Shown one piece after another: positions 9,603 to 19,253 of a DNA stretch of 64,000 bases. The notes under the pieces are model-generated. The model worked only from the letters and a program-made list of their open reading frames with translations, ran no database searches and had not been told where the DNA came from. The translations under genes and the position numbers were made by a program. The stretch comes from Geopsychrobacteraceae bacterium (GTDB taxonomy: Bacteria; Desulfobacterota; Desulfuromonadia; Desulfuromonadales; Geopsychrobacteraceae), in NCBI GenBank assembly GCA_963662315.1, contig OY759353.1:3904001-3968000 (forward strand). The letters run 5' to 3'. Numbering within the stretch: the stretch's first letter is position 1; every line of letters starts with the position of its first letter.

Positions 9603-9618
9603 AGCAATAAGGGTGCCA
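9603..9618 (-). promoter_or_regulatory. Sigma54 (-24/-12) promoter of hypD
   Basis: Minus strand TGGCAC-CCTTA-TTGCT matches TGGCAC-N5-TTGCW, about 60 nt upstream of the start. Confidence 0.8.
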
Positions 9619-9721
9619 TGCCATACCTCCTGAACGTTGTCTTTAACGTACTGATATTGCTGTGTCGATGATGTCGGGTCTGATGAGAGGATGAGCAGGA
9701 ACAGGTACTGGCAATTTAAGA

Positions 9722-9757
9722 AGGCATTGTTTATTCATTCATGAATAAACAATGCCT
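9722..9757. repeat. 17-bp perfect inverted repeat (terminator of the ACT gene or operator/UAS)
   Basis: aggcattgtttattcat-tc-atgaataaacaatgcct. Confidence 0.7.
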
Positions 9758-9784
9758 GATCATGTCGCTGGCTGTGGATAAAAA

Positions 9785-10315
9785 TCAACGTTCGAGGGTA
9801 ATGTCTACATGGAGTTCATCGGCGACACTGCTAAGTTCGTCTTCCAGTTGATCAAAGGGCAATTGCTCTGGCACCTGAATATGAATAATCATGGTGTAGA
9901 TAGTCGCTCCACTTTCGGGCGATGCGGCTGATGAGGAGTCAAGTTCGATAATATTGAGCTGGCGGTCGGCGAGAAACTGGCTGGTCTTGTAAACGATTCC
10001 GGCCTGGTCAAGCCCTTCAATATGCAGGGTGCAGGTTTTGTAGCTTTGCTTCTCTGGACTGGTAAAAGGCTGCAGTGGCCGAACAAATGCAGAAATACCT
10101 TTCTCCATCTCGAGGCGTCGGCATTCTTTGTTCAGCAGCTCTTCAATGCTGTCATTCGGGCTTGAAAACAGCAGGCTCAGGGTAAATTCATCCGCCAGCA
10201 TTGACATGGTTGTGTCTTCGAGGTTGCAGTCATTGTCATACAGAAGGCGGGTTACGTCAGCGACGATGCCGGCGCGGTCTTTGCCGAATGCCGTCATGAT
10301 AAAGCGCTGTGTCAT
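9785..10315 (-). CDS. Tandem ACT-domain protein, GcvR-like
   Basis: G.DRAGIVA.VT..L....CNLED and GLDQAGIVYK.S.FL repeats. Confidence 0.85.
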   Translation of the reverse strand: MTQRFIMTAFGKDRAGIVADVTRLLYDNDCNLEDTTMSMLADEFTLSLLFSSPNDSIEELLNKECRRLEMEKGISAFVRPLQPFTSPEKQSYKTCTLHIEGLDQAGIVYKTSQFLADRQLNIIELDSSSAASPESGATIYTMIIHIQVPEQLPFDQLEDELSSVADELHVDITLER

Positions 10316-10470
10316 CAGGGTTCTCCTTCAGGCTGGGGTTAATACTGTCATTAAAACACAGTTTAGTGTTATGCGGAAGAAGGTTGTGTGCCGCAGGAGG
10401 GCTGAGGCGGGGCGCCGTTTGCTCTTCAGGTTGCATCCGCTGTTTCCGGATGGCAACCTGAGTATAAAAA

Positions 10471-11265
10471 TCAGTTGATAAGTCGTTCGGATCGTTCCTG
10501 AGTGAAGGCGAATACGGCCATAGACAGATTACCATAACTGAAGCTTTCGTGAAGCAGTTGAGCGGGTTGTCCATGGGCAGCACCAAGGGCGACAAACAGG
10601 GGCAAAAAGTGCTCATCCGTTGGGTGGGCCAGGCGCATATATGGAGCAGATCTGAACTGGCGGAGATTGTCGAAGGTGCCACCCAACAGTTGATCCTTAA
10701 CCCACTCGGTAAAAGTCTCAGCCCAATTTTCCGGTGGCGTACCCTCTCGTGCCAGGCGTTTCAGGTTGTGAGTGATCGCTCCCGAACAGATAACCAGATT
10801 GTTAGTGCGCTGTTGAGCCAGCACATTACCAATGCGGATCAGCGTATCAATGTCGGCTTCCATCGGCATACTTACCTGAACAACAGGAATATCTGCGGCT
10901 GGGAAAAGAATCGACAGTGGGACCCAGGCGCCGTGGTCCAGCCCGCGTCTGATATCAATGTCACTATGTAAATCGGCTTGTTCAAATTGGGCCTGAAGCT
11001 CATTAGCCAGTTCCCTGGATCCGAGAGCCGGGTAGCTCATCTGATACAATTCCGGACAGAAGCCACTGAAGTCATGCATGGTTGTATACGCATGGGCTCC
11101 AGAGATAGCCAATTCCCTGGTCAACCAATGAGCAGACACCATGATGAGTGCCTGGGGCCGGGGCAGGGTAGTTCCAATGTGTTGCCATGCCTCTTTAGCC
11201 GGGTGCTCTGATAATGGTAGATCAGGAGCCCCATGGGACAGAAAGAGAGTTGGAAATTCATGCAT
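10471..11265 (-). CDS. DODA-type extradiol dioxygenase (YgiD/LigB family)
   Basis: LFLSHGAP, SAHW, HDFSGF, RGLDHGAWVPL, SGAITHNL, AHPTDEHFLPL. Confidence 0.9.
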   Translation of the reverse strand: MHEFPTLFLSHGAPDLPLSEHPAKEAWQHIGTTLPRPQALIMVSAHWLTRELAISGAHAYTTMHDFSGFCPELYQMSYPALGSRELANELQAQFEQADLHSDIDIRRGLDHGAWVPLSILFPAADIPVVQVSMPMEADIDTLIRIGNVLAQQRTNNLVICSGAITHNLKRLAREGTPPENWAETFTEWVKDQLLGGTFDNLRQFRSAPYMRLAHPTDEHFLPLFVALGAAHGQPAQLLHESFSYGNLSMAVFAFTQERSERLIN

Positions 11266-11343
11266 CGTTCTTGCCCTTTATGAAAAAAAAGTGCCAGGCC
11301 AGTCGGCTTGAAGGCGATTTATGGCCTGCCAGAGGCTAATGCT

Positions 11344-11371
11344 TCCCCCTCTTCGTCATTGAAGAGGGGGA
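11344..11371 (-). terminator. Stem-loop downstream of the YceI gene
   Basis: tccccctcttc-gtcatt-gaagaggggga. Confidence 0.55.
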
Positions 11372-11379
11372 GATCTTGG

Positions 11380-11964
11380 TTATTTTTGTGCGACTGCTTC
11401 AACCTCAAGGCCAAGGGTCACTGTGTCACCGACAAGTACCCCTCCGGTTTCAAGTGCCTTGTTCCAGGTCAGTCCGAAATCTTTGCGATCAATCTGACCG
11501 GAGGCTTCAAACCCTGCACGCTTGTTCCCCCAGGGGTCGGTTGCAGTTCCGGCAAAGCCGCCTGTTAAGACAACTTCTTTGGTCACTCCTTTGATGGTCA
11601 GATCACCAACGACAGTAATATTATCGCCACTGCCGGTCACTTTCTTACTTTTGAACGTGATTTCAGGGAACTCTTCCACACTGAAGAAATCGGCGCTACG
11701 CAAGTGACCGTCACGTTTCTCGTCGCGGGTATCGATCGATGCCGGTTTAATGGTTGCTTCCGCAGAAATCAATTTTTTGCTGTCGGGGTCAGCAACAACC
11801 GATCCGTTGAAATCGTTAAAGTTGCCGCGGACCTTGAATGCCACCAGGTGAGCAATGGTGAAGTGAATCTGTGAGTGAGGGGTATCAATATTGTAAGTTT
11901 CGGCTGCGGCGCCAGTAACCAGTAACGTAAGTAGGGTAAGTGATGTGATTAATTGCTTGAGCAT
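11380..11964 (-). CDS. YceI family periplasmic polyisoprenoid-binding protein
   Basis: Signal peptide; ID..HS.I.F...HL, SIDT...RD.HLRS.DFF, GDLTIKGVTK, DPWG..RAGF, RKDFGL.WN. Confidence 0.92.
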   Translation of the reverse strand: MLKQLITSLTLLTLLVTGAAAETYNIDTPHSQIHFTIAHLVAFKVRGNFNDFNGSVVADPDSKKLISAEATIKPASIDTRDEKRDGHLRSADFFSVEEFPEITFKSKKVTGSGDNITVVGDLTIKGVTKEVVLTGGFAGTATDPWGNKRAGFEASGQIDRKDFGLTWNKALETGGVLVGDTVTLGLEVEAVAQK

Positions 11965-12100
11965 GGCGAACTCCTATTGGTTGCATGATTTTGGTTGTTG
12001 TTGATCTTCGTTTTTATATGACAATATTAGTGTTGTTTGCTATAGATTGAAAATATTTTAAATAAACAATCATTATACTTAAAAACTATAGAGAAAAGTT

Positions 12101-12994
12101 ATGACCTTAGATCAATTGAAGATACTGGTCGCTATCGCGGATGAAGGAAGTGTCCTGGCGGCAGCTAGGTCGTTGTACCGGACGCAGCCAACTGTCAGCG
12201 TTCTGTTGAGAAAGCTTGAAGATGAACTTGATCTGATCCTTCTTGATCGCAACAGTTATCGAGCAACCCTGACTCCTGAGGGTTGGCAGCTCTATAAAAA
12301 AGCCAAGGCTATTTTAGGACAGGTTGATGACTTTGGGCGGCTGGCACGTTACCTGGCTGTAGGTCACGAGCCTTCCTTGTCCCTAGCCGTAGAGGCGAGT
12401 TGTCCCGTTCCCCTTATTCTTGAAGTTCTGCAGGAAAGTGGAAAGAAGTACCCCGAAACAGAGTTGAACCTGGAAGTGGAAAACATTTGGGGAGCCCTTG
12501 AGAAGCTTGAACACGGCACCGTTGACATCGCTGTCAGTCCGGTATTTAAGGACGATGCACGTTTTGAAACGGTACCGTTGTTAATGACCCATCTATTGGC
12601 TGTTGCTGCTCCGGGGTTTCTCGATACCAGGAGTCCGCTGACCCTCGACACCATGAAGAACCATGTTCAGATTGTTGTGCGTGATAGTGCCCAGAAAAAA
12701 GTCAATCAATCATTCGGGGTGCTTGAAAATGGCCGGCATTGGGTGGTTGGTGATCACCAGACCAAAAAGCAGTTGATCGTTGCAGGAATGGGCTGGGGCA
12801 AATTACAGGATAGTCTTATTGGTGAAGAATTGGCCCGTGGTGAGCTGGTTCTTCTTGATATTGAAAGTTATCCCTGTGATATTGCCATGGAAATTATGGC
12901 TGCGCGTCTGGCGGGAAAACAGGTTGGTCCTGTTGCCGCTGCATTATGGGACGATTTTTCTTTGTCATTGGGGAAGACGTTGACACGCGATTGA
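12101..12994 (+). CDS. LysR family transcriptional regulator, divergent from yceI-ygiD
   Basis: MTLDQL...GSVLAAARSLYRTQPTVS...LE..L...LLDR..YR..LT.EG. Confidence 0.92.
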   Translation: MTLDQLKILVAIADEGSVLAAARSLYRTQPTVSVLLRKLEDELDLILLDRNSYRATLTPEGWQLYKKAKAILGQVDDFGRLARYLAVGHEPSLSLAVEASCPVPLILEVLQESGKKYPETELNLEVENIWGALEKLEHGTVDIAVSPVFKDDARFETVPLLMTHLLAVAAPGFLDTRSPLTLDTMKNHVQIVVRDSAQKKVNQSFGVLENGRHWVVGDHQTKKQLIVAGMGWGKLQDSLIGEELARGELVLLDIESYPCDIAMEIMAARLAGKQVGPVAAALWDDFSLSLGKTLTRD

Positions 12995-13007
12995 TCCCGA
13001 CTTAGGT

Positions 13008-13457
13008 TTACCGTAACCCCAGGCGGGAAAGCATTTTACCGGTGTAGCGGTTAAGAAAGTGACGACGCTCAAGACCTTTAAAGACCGGTTCCCTGCGTAG
13101 GCCAAGTTTTTTTAGTTCGGCGATGATTTTGGCATTAGGACTGGTTCTCAGACCACGACGGAAGGCTTTGATGGCTTTTTCCCGGTGACCGGCAAACAGC
13201 AGGATTCTGCCCATAATCAGAAAATGCAGGGAGTTGTTCGGCTCTAAATCGAGAGCTTTACGGTTGAGTGCCAGGGCCGCCTGTAATTGTTTCTGTCCAA
13301 GAGCCAGGCAATAGGCCCGATAGCTCATGACTTCCGGAGATTGGTGAATATTGGCGGCCTGTTCCAGATAGGCATGTGCTGCCGTAAGCTGTCCGGATTC
13401 GGCCGCTGTTATCCCTTTGCATAGCAGCCTGGTATGTTCTTGTGTTTGCATAAGCAT
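13008..13457 (-). CDS. Tetratricopeptide repeat protein
   Basis: KALDLEPNNS..FL.MGRI....G.REKAIKAFRRGL. Confidence 0.75.
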   Translation of the reverse strand: MLMQTQEHTRLLCKGITAAESGQLTAAHAYLEQAANIHQSPEVMSYRAYCLALGQKQLQAALALNRKALDLEPNNSLHFLIMGRILLFAGHREKAIKAFRRGLRTSPNAKIIAELKKLGLRREPVFKGLERRHFLNRYTGKMLSRLGLR

Positions 13458-13571
13458 ATCCTTGCTGAGCGATGAGCTGCCTTACGGGTTATGTTTACAG
13501 TATAGCGAAGAAATGGAGATGTGGTGTCGTTGCTGGTAAGGTGCTTATCGGTTTCGCCCGCAGATGAAGCG

Positions 13572-14108
13572 TCAGTCGTGTAGAAACTCCGGCCATTGAC
13601 GTTTGATCTGCTCTTCAATCGCGGCGGCAACCTGCTCAGCATTGCAGCCCTGACATGGAATGGTCAGATCGGCAAATTTCTGGTAGAGGGGGGTTCTTTC
13701 ATTGTACAGCTGCTCAAATGTCTGCCCTTCGCCCATGACCAGGCCACGCTGCCCCATATCTGCGATGCGTTGCTCTAATTCAGGTAAATCAACTTGCAGA
13801 TAAACCAACTGGCCGGTAGCAGCCAAGGCCTTAAGGCCATTCTCGTAATAGACGACAGATCCTCCGGTAGCGATGACGCAATGCTCGAGTTGCAGATTGG
13901 CAATCACCTGTTCTTCGGTATAGCGGAAATAGTCGAGCCCCTTGCTGTCGATAATCTGCTGCAGCCGTTTGTGCTCTCTGGCCTGGATGATCAGATCGGT
14001 GTCGTAGAACTGAAATCCTAACCGTTTGGCAAGAACGACACCAACGGTACTTTTTCCTGCTCCTGGCATACCGATAAGGATAATATTACTTTTTTCTGAA
14101 ACGTTCAT
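13572..14108 (-). CDS. aroK: Shikimate kinase
   Basis: NIILIGMPGAGKSTVG, DTD, FR..E, VIATGGSVV, ERTPLY. Confidence 0.92.
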   Translation of the reverse strand: MNVSEKSNIILIGMPGAGKSTVGVVLAKRLGFQFYDTDLIIQAREHKRLQQIIDSKGLDYFRYTEEQVIANLQLEHCVIATGGSVVYYENGLKALAATGQLVYLQVDLPELEQRIADMGQRGLVMGEGQTFEQLYNERTPLYQKFADLTIPCQGCNAEQVAAAIEEQIKRQWPEFLHD

Positions 14109-14399
14109 GTCCTGAAGTCCTAAAAAGAAGGCACCAGATAGTTTTTACCCTATTGAGGCTGGTCTGTGAGAAATGATGATATGACAAAAGTTTTTCTGCG
14201 GAGTCAATGCTTTATTCTGCCGGTTACAGATTTGCTGCAATTCGGAGGTTAAATAAAGATAACTTTCTGGGACTGGAAATTGTTGTCTTTTTAGGCGAAG
14301 ATAGTCACTAAAAATCTCGAAAATACAAACTAAGTTCATATGAATATTTTTATGGTAATATTGAATGTGGTAGAAAAATGAACAAGAAAGGCTATTTTT

Positions 14400-14642
14400 A
14401 TGTCATTTGATGATGAAATTCAAGGGATGCCAATTGCTATAACCCTGGAACCAGGAACTTATTTCCGCTGTACTTGCGGTCAGTCCGGAAGTTTGCCATT
14501 TTGTGATGGGCACCATCAAAGTGGCGATCAGCTGCCGATTCGATTCGAGATAAAACAGCGGGAAAAAGTTTACCTGTGCGCGTGTGGTCATAGTAAAAAT
14601 CAACCGCATTGCGATGGGACCTGTGGCGTCGCCTTACCCTGA
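14400..14642 (+). CDS. Tandem CDGSH iron-sulfur domain protein (MiNT/CISD3-like)
   Basis: CTCGQSGSLPFCDGHH and CACGHSKNQPHCDGTC. Confidence 0.88.
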   Translation: MSFDDEIQGMPIAITLEPGTYFRCTCGQSGSLPFCDGHHQSGDQLPIRFEIKQREKVYLCACGHSKNQPHCDGTCGVALP

Positions 14643-14809
14643 TTTGTGGGCAGGTTGGTTTTTCGCCGTCTGCCAATAAACAGTTTTTAATCCAGAAAAA
14701 TGATCTTCACCCCTCCAGATTTTGTCGCTATGTGTGTTACGTTTAATTGTAAAAGCGGCATAACTATCGATTATCGGAGGGGAGCATTGGTTGGTAAAAG
14801 AGCACATAT

Positions 14810-15664
14810 ATGTATAAAATTGTGACCCATCCGGGGAACGCCCACAAAGATGATTTCCTGTCGGTCTGTATTTTGCTTGCTAAACTTGAATCCGCACTGA
14901 TTTTCCGTCGCGAAGCAACCCCCGAGGATCTGGCGGATCCTGATACCTATGTTGTCGATGTCGGCATGCAACTGGATGCCCGACTGCACAATTTTGACCA
15001 TCATCAGGACCGGCGCCTTCCCTGTGCTTTTCATCTGGTGATGCAGCATCTGGGCTATCATGATGCTGCGCTGCTGGTGTTCGGCTGGTATGAGCAGATG
15101 AGCTTGTTGGATGTGGGGGGACTGCATAAAACAGCAAAAGAGCTGGGGGTCGACCCCAACGTATTGCTATCCTCTTCCTCTCCCATTGATGGCTATATCC
15201 TGTCCCACTTTTCGCGCTATGAAGAATTGACGGCGCAGACCTTTTTTTACCGGTTTATGAAGGATTTTGGTGAAGAGATGATCAATCTCATCGAATCCAA
15301 AACAGATCGACTCAAGCTCCTTGAGAAGGAAGCCAGAATTGTTCCGGTTGGTGATTATAAGGCGCTTTACAGCCCTATTGCCGATAATCCGAAGCTTTCC
15401 ATTGAACTGTATTTAAAACAATTGGCCGATCCCGATATCGTTATGACGATAACACCGTCTAACCGGGGTGATGGCTGGGAGTTGCTGCGGTTGGGCGACA
15501 ACAGTTTTGTTGATTTTCGGGCGGTGGCGAACAATCCGGATGTGCGTTTTGTCCATGTTAACGGCTTTATTGCCAAGACCAGAAACCTGTTGCCCCTTGC
15601 CAGAGTGACCCAAATTGCCTCCCAGGCGATCAAGCCGAAAGGGATTGCAATCTATCGTTGTTGA
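14810..15664 (+). CDS. MYG1 family (DHH-like) hydrolase/nuclease
   Basis: IVTHPG.AH.DD, VDVG, FDHHQ, FVH.NGFI. Confidence 0.75.
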   Translation: MYKIVTHPGNAHKDDFLSVCILLAKLESALIFRREATPEDLADPDTYVVDVGMQLDARLHNFDHHQDRRLPCAFHLVMQHLGYHDAALLVFGWYEQMSLLDVGGLHKTAKELGVDPNVLLSSSSPIDGYILSHFSRYEELTAQTFFYRFMKDFGEEMINLIESKTDRLKLLEKEARIVPVGDYKALYSPIADNPKLSIELYLKQLADPDIVMTITPSNRGDGWELLRLGDNSFVDFRAVANNPDVRFVHVNGFIAKTRNLLPLARVTQIASQAIKPKGIAIYRC

Positions 15665-16248
15665 AGTTTTTCTGCATTGCGGCCAAACTGTTCATAAAAC
15701 CAGTAAAAGGAAAACATCAGGCCAGGAGTCTTGGCCTGGTTTTCGTCAAGCATGAATGACATGGAATCCGCTAATGGCAGGTATTCCAGAATAATCTCTT
15801 CTTGATGGATTCCCCCGCCATCGTGTTTACGGCAAGCGTCGTCGAGCAGGGCAAAGTACAGATGTTGGCAATTACCTGAAATGCCGACGTTGGTAAAAAA
15901 TGAACTGATCTTGACGAGTCTGCTAAGGGGAATATCGAAACCGCACTCTTCCAGTATTTCTTCTTTGGCAATCTGTTCAAGTGACTCTTGTTTATCGACC
16001 AGTCCGGCGCACAGTTCGTAGGTGAAAGTAAACTGCGGGTGGTTCATATGGACTGGAGCACGAAATTGTTTTACCAGCAGAAACGCCTGGCGCTCCACAT
16101 GATAAAGCAAGGTGGCAACACTGTCATGTGCCTGGACTGCTTCCCAGGAGCGGGCTTGACCATTCTGGGTATAGTCAAGGCGGACCGGTTTTACATAGTG
16201 GCAGTCGTTTAAAGGGCTGACAGAAAAATAACGGATGTCGAAGGGCAT
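15652..16248 (-). CDS. Nudix hydrolase, YffH/AdpP (NudK-like nucleoside-diphosphate-sugar pyrophosphatase)
   Basis: HDSVA.LLY, LVKQFR.PV, ELCAGLVD..IAKEEILEECG, GGG...E.I, KT. Confidence 0.85.
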   Translation of the reverse strand: MPFDIRYFSVSPLNDCHYVKPVRLDYTQNGQARSWEAVQAHDSVATLLYHVERQAFLLVKQFRAPVHMNHPQFTFTYELCAGLVDKQESLEQIAKEEILEECGFDIPLSRLVKISSFFTNVGISGNCQHLYFALLDDACRKHDGGGIHQEEIILEYLPLADSMSFMLDENQAKTPGLMFSFYWFYEQFGRNAEKLQQR

Positions 16249-16287
16249 ATCGGGACCTATTTTTAGGAGATATCAGTGTGTGCTAGT

Positions 16288-16322
16288 TCAGCACCCTTCT
16301 CCCTGTGGGAGCAGGGTGCTGA
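16288..16322 (-). terminator. Stem-loop downstream of the quinone oxidoreductase gene
   Basis: tcagcacccttctccc-tgt-gggagcagggtgctga (one mismatch). Confidence 0.5.
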
Positions 16323-16354
16323 TTACTTGCCTGGTTGGGCTATTTTGAATCTAC

Positions 16355-17347
16355 TTATTCTTCACCAATCTGCAGCACAATTTTGCCAAAATGTTTGTCT
16401 TCTTCCATCATCTGATGGGCAGCGACAACCTCTTCAAGGGGGAATACCTTCTCGATGATCGGCACAATGCTGCGATCTGCAAACTTAGGTAGGGCTCTAC
16501 GGGTAAATTCAGCAATGATTTCGCCTTTTTCGACAATTGGGCGACTGCGCAGAACCGAGCCGATTATCTGCTGACGTTTAACCATCATCAACGCCAGATT
16601 CAGTTCTGCTTTGATACCACTGATGACGCCGATGATGACGAGTTTTCCCTTATAAGCCAGTGAGTTCATGTTCGGCTTCAGGTATTTTGCTCCTACGTGA
16701 TCAAGAACCAGATCGACGCCTTGCTTGTTGGTATATTCTTTGACGACTTCAGTGAAGTCAGGGTTTTCTGTATAATCGATGACCAGATCAACACCCAACT
16801 CTTTGACCCGTTCAATTTTTGTCGGATGGGCCGTGACGATAAGTTTGGTGTTCGGAGTCAGGGCTTTTGCCAGCTGGATGGCGGCAGTATTTACCCCACC
16901 GCCACCGCCGTGAAGAATAGCGGTCTGGCCGTCTTCTAACCCACCGATCATAAAAACATTAAGGAAGGCAGTATTATAACTTTCATTGACGCATGCGGCT
17001 TCGGTGAAGCTCATGCTGTCCGGGATTGGCATCAGGTGATTTTCGTAGGCTACGGCATATTCAGCATAACCGCCGCCACCAACCAGCGCCATAACACGAG
17101 CGCCAACCTGCCAGTTTTTGACATCAGAGCCGATCGCAGCGATGGTTCCCGCAACTTCCAGCCCAAGAATCTCAGAGTCACCCTTTGGTGGAGGGTAGTT
17201 TCCCATACGCTGGACCAGGTCTGGACGATTAATGCTGGTAGCGATGACTTTAATTAGTACTTCATTGGCTTTTGGCTCTGGAATATCGATATCACCAATT
17301 GTCATGACTTCCGGGCCACCAAATTCATTCATTAAAACTGCTTTCAT
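16355..17347 (-). CDS. NAD(P)H-quinone oxidoreductase, PIG3 family (MDR)
   Basis: INRPDL.QR.G.YPPP.G.S.ILGLEVAG, GGGYAEY, GS.LRSR, H.GKIVL. Confidence 0.92.
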   Translation of the reverse strand: MKAVLMNEFGGPEVMTIGDIDIPEPKANEVLIKVIATSINRPDLVQRMGNYPPPKGDSEILGLEVAGTIAAIGSDVKNWQVGARVMALVGGGGYAEYAVAYENHLMPIPDSMSFTEAACVNESYNTAFLNVFMIGGLEDGQTAILHGGGGGVNTAAIQLAKALTPNTKLIVTAHPTKIERVKELGVDLVIDYTENPDFTEVVKEYTNKQGVDLVLDHVGAKYLKPNMNSLAYKGKLVIIGVISGIKAELNLALMMVKRQQIIGSVLRSRPIVEKGEIIAEFTRRALPKFADRSIVPIIEKVFPLEEVVAAHQMMEEDKHFGKIVLQIGEE

Positions 17348-17598
17348 GCGATTCTCCTTGTATTGAGCGATTTAGCGATTAAAAAAGCTTCAGACTGATC
17401 GAATACTGATGGTTAAGGTTCTTCACCCATATCTTTCATGAACAGGACAGAATCCGCCAACAGCTTAGCGCAGAAACTGTAACCGATGCGAGGGGCAATG
17501 GCCGATAATAGGTCGATTTTTTTACGTTGACCAATGATTATCGAGCAAGTGGTTGCAACGATTATGTTAGCGGTTTAGAAGTCAGCGAATGATGAGCA

Positions 17599-18300
17599 TT
17601 ACTTTGGCCTGACAAAGCGATACCCTCGGCCACGGACGGTCAGAAAATAACTGGGATGGGCAGGGTTCTCTTCAAAATATTTGCGCAGTCTGACGATGAA
17701 ATTGTCAAGCGTCCGGGTTTCGGTGCGAGGAGAGACCTCCCACACCTGCTCAAGGATTTCACCTCGTGATAGCACTTTCCCTTCATTACTGAAGAACAGC
17801 TTCAGCATTTTGATTTCCAGGTCGGTCAGTTCAAAGCTCCCCTGGCTGGTATGGGCTTGATGGCTCCGCCAGTCGATGCGGTTATTGCCGAATTGGTAAA
17901 TGTGGAGTTTGCTTTCGTCGGATTGCCAGACTGAACGCCGGAGCAAGGCCGAGACCCGCAACAAAAATTCTTTAAGGTTAAAGGGTTTGGGCAAGTAGTC
18001 GTCGGCACCTTCGCTGAGCCCGTCAATGCGATCCTGTTCACCGCTTCTGGCCGTTAGCATTAAAACCGGTATCTGGTTACCCCTCGAGCGCAACGTGCGG
18101 CACACTTCAAGGCCATCAATGCCAGGCAGCATCAGATCCAGAATCATCAGGGCAAAGGAGCTGGTTGACAGCAATGCCAACGCATCTTCACCATTATCGA
18201 CATGGTGGACAAGATACCCCTCTTCTTCCAGGTTGAAAATCAGACCCTGGGCAATATGTGGTTCGTCCTCAACCAGTAACAGAGGAATTTTCTGCCTCAT
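17599..18300 (-). CDS. OmpR-family response regulator
   Basis: LLVEDE, LDLMLP..DG, MLTA, GADDYL.KPF, TRTLDNFIVRLR, TVRGRGY. Confidence 0.95.
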   Translation of the reverse strand: MRQKIPLLLVEDEPHIAQGLIFNLEEEGYLVHHVDNGEDALALLSTSSFALMILDLMLPGIDGLEVCRTLRSRGNQIPVLMLTARSGEQDRIDGLSEGADDYLPKPFNLKEFLLRVSALLRRSVWQSDESKLHIYQFGNNRIDWRSHQAHTSQGSFELTDLEIKMLKLFFSNEGKVLSRGEILEQVWEVSPRTETRTLDNFIVRLRKYFEENPAHPSYFLTVRGRGYRFVRPK

Positions 18301-19253
18301 GATTTTTTCCTGTCGATGTGCAGGGGAATAACCAGGTTGAAGGTTGTTCCACGATTGCCTTTATTGCCACCAATCCAGACTTTACCACCGTGAAGCTTAA
18401 TCAGATTGCGTACGATAAACAGGCCAAGACCACTTCCTTTGATGGTTTTACCGGTCTGGCGCAAACGATAAAACATGCGGAACACCTTTTTCCTGTCTTT
18501 AGGCGGAATGCCTGGGCCCTGATCCGATATCTGCAGGTTGGCATTGTCGCCTGAGCGGGTCAGCCTGACATGCACAATCGGAGCGCTATCCGCGTAAAGA
18601 ATGGCATTTTCCAGCAGGTTGCGCAAAACGGTTTCCAGCGCTTCTTTCTCGATTCGGGCCTGTAGCCCAGCTTCCAATTGCCAGGTCAGAGAACCTTCGA
18701 CAGGAAAGTTGTTCTGTTCCTGAGTCAGATAGGTTTCAAGCAGCATGGCCAGGTCACAATTTTCCAGATGAAGCTGAGTGCTTTTGGCTTCAATACGACC
18801 GGCCATCAGAAGGTTGTTGATCAGGGTTCCCAGGCGCTGAGTGTCGTCCTGCATCAGCAGTGTGAAGCGCTGTAATTGTTCAGGGTTCGGCTGTCGCATC
18901 TGAATCGTTTCCAGATGCAGTTGCAGTGAGGCCAGCGGTGATTTCAGCTCGTGACTGACCTGATTGATGAAGTGACGCTGAGCCTTATACAGGGATGCCT
19001 GACGTTTCCAGAACAGAAAAATGACGTAGATTCCGATGAGGATGGCAACCAGCAGGACGATTCCTTCGGTCAGAATCAGCCAGTCGGTCGTATCTGGAAG
19101 CCATTCTGCCTGGTAGCGGGTTGCCAGTTCCTTGAGTTGCTGGTGGCGACCAAGAAACCAGTAGATCCAGGAAACGAGCAGAAAAATCCACAGGATCTGA
19201 ATGCTGATGAAGGTAATTAACGGATGAAACAGACGTTTGAATACTCTTTTCAT
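18297..19253 (-). CDS. Sensor histidine kinase (2 TM, short periplasmic loop)
   Basis: VSHELKSPL H-box, NLLENA, D.G.GI, FYR, GSGLGL; 4-nt overlap with the regulator. Confidence 0.93.
   Translation of the reverse strand: MKRVFKRLFHPLITFISIQILWIFLLVSWIYWFLGRHQQLKELATRYQAEWLPDTTDWLILTEGIVLLVAILIGIYVIFLFWKRQASLYKAQRHFINQVSHELKSPLASLQLHLETIQMRQPNPEQLQRFTLLMQDDTQRLGTLINNLLMAGRIEAKSTQLHLENCDLAMLLETYLTQEQNNFPVEGSLTWQLEAGLQARIEKEALETVLRNLLENAILYADSAPIVHVRLTRSGDNANLQISDQGPGIPPKDRKKVFRMFYRLRQTGKTIKGSGLGLFIVRNLIKLHGGKVWIGGNKGNRGTTFNLVIPLHIDRKKS

Noticed and set aside
7521..9671. Long plus-strand ORFs (410 aa and 286 aa) opposite hypD
   Set aside because: Antisense shadows of a codon-biased gene; no motifs recognised.
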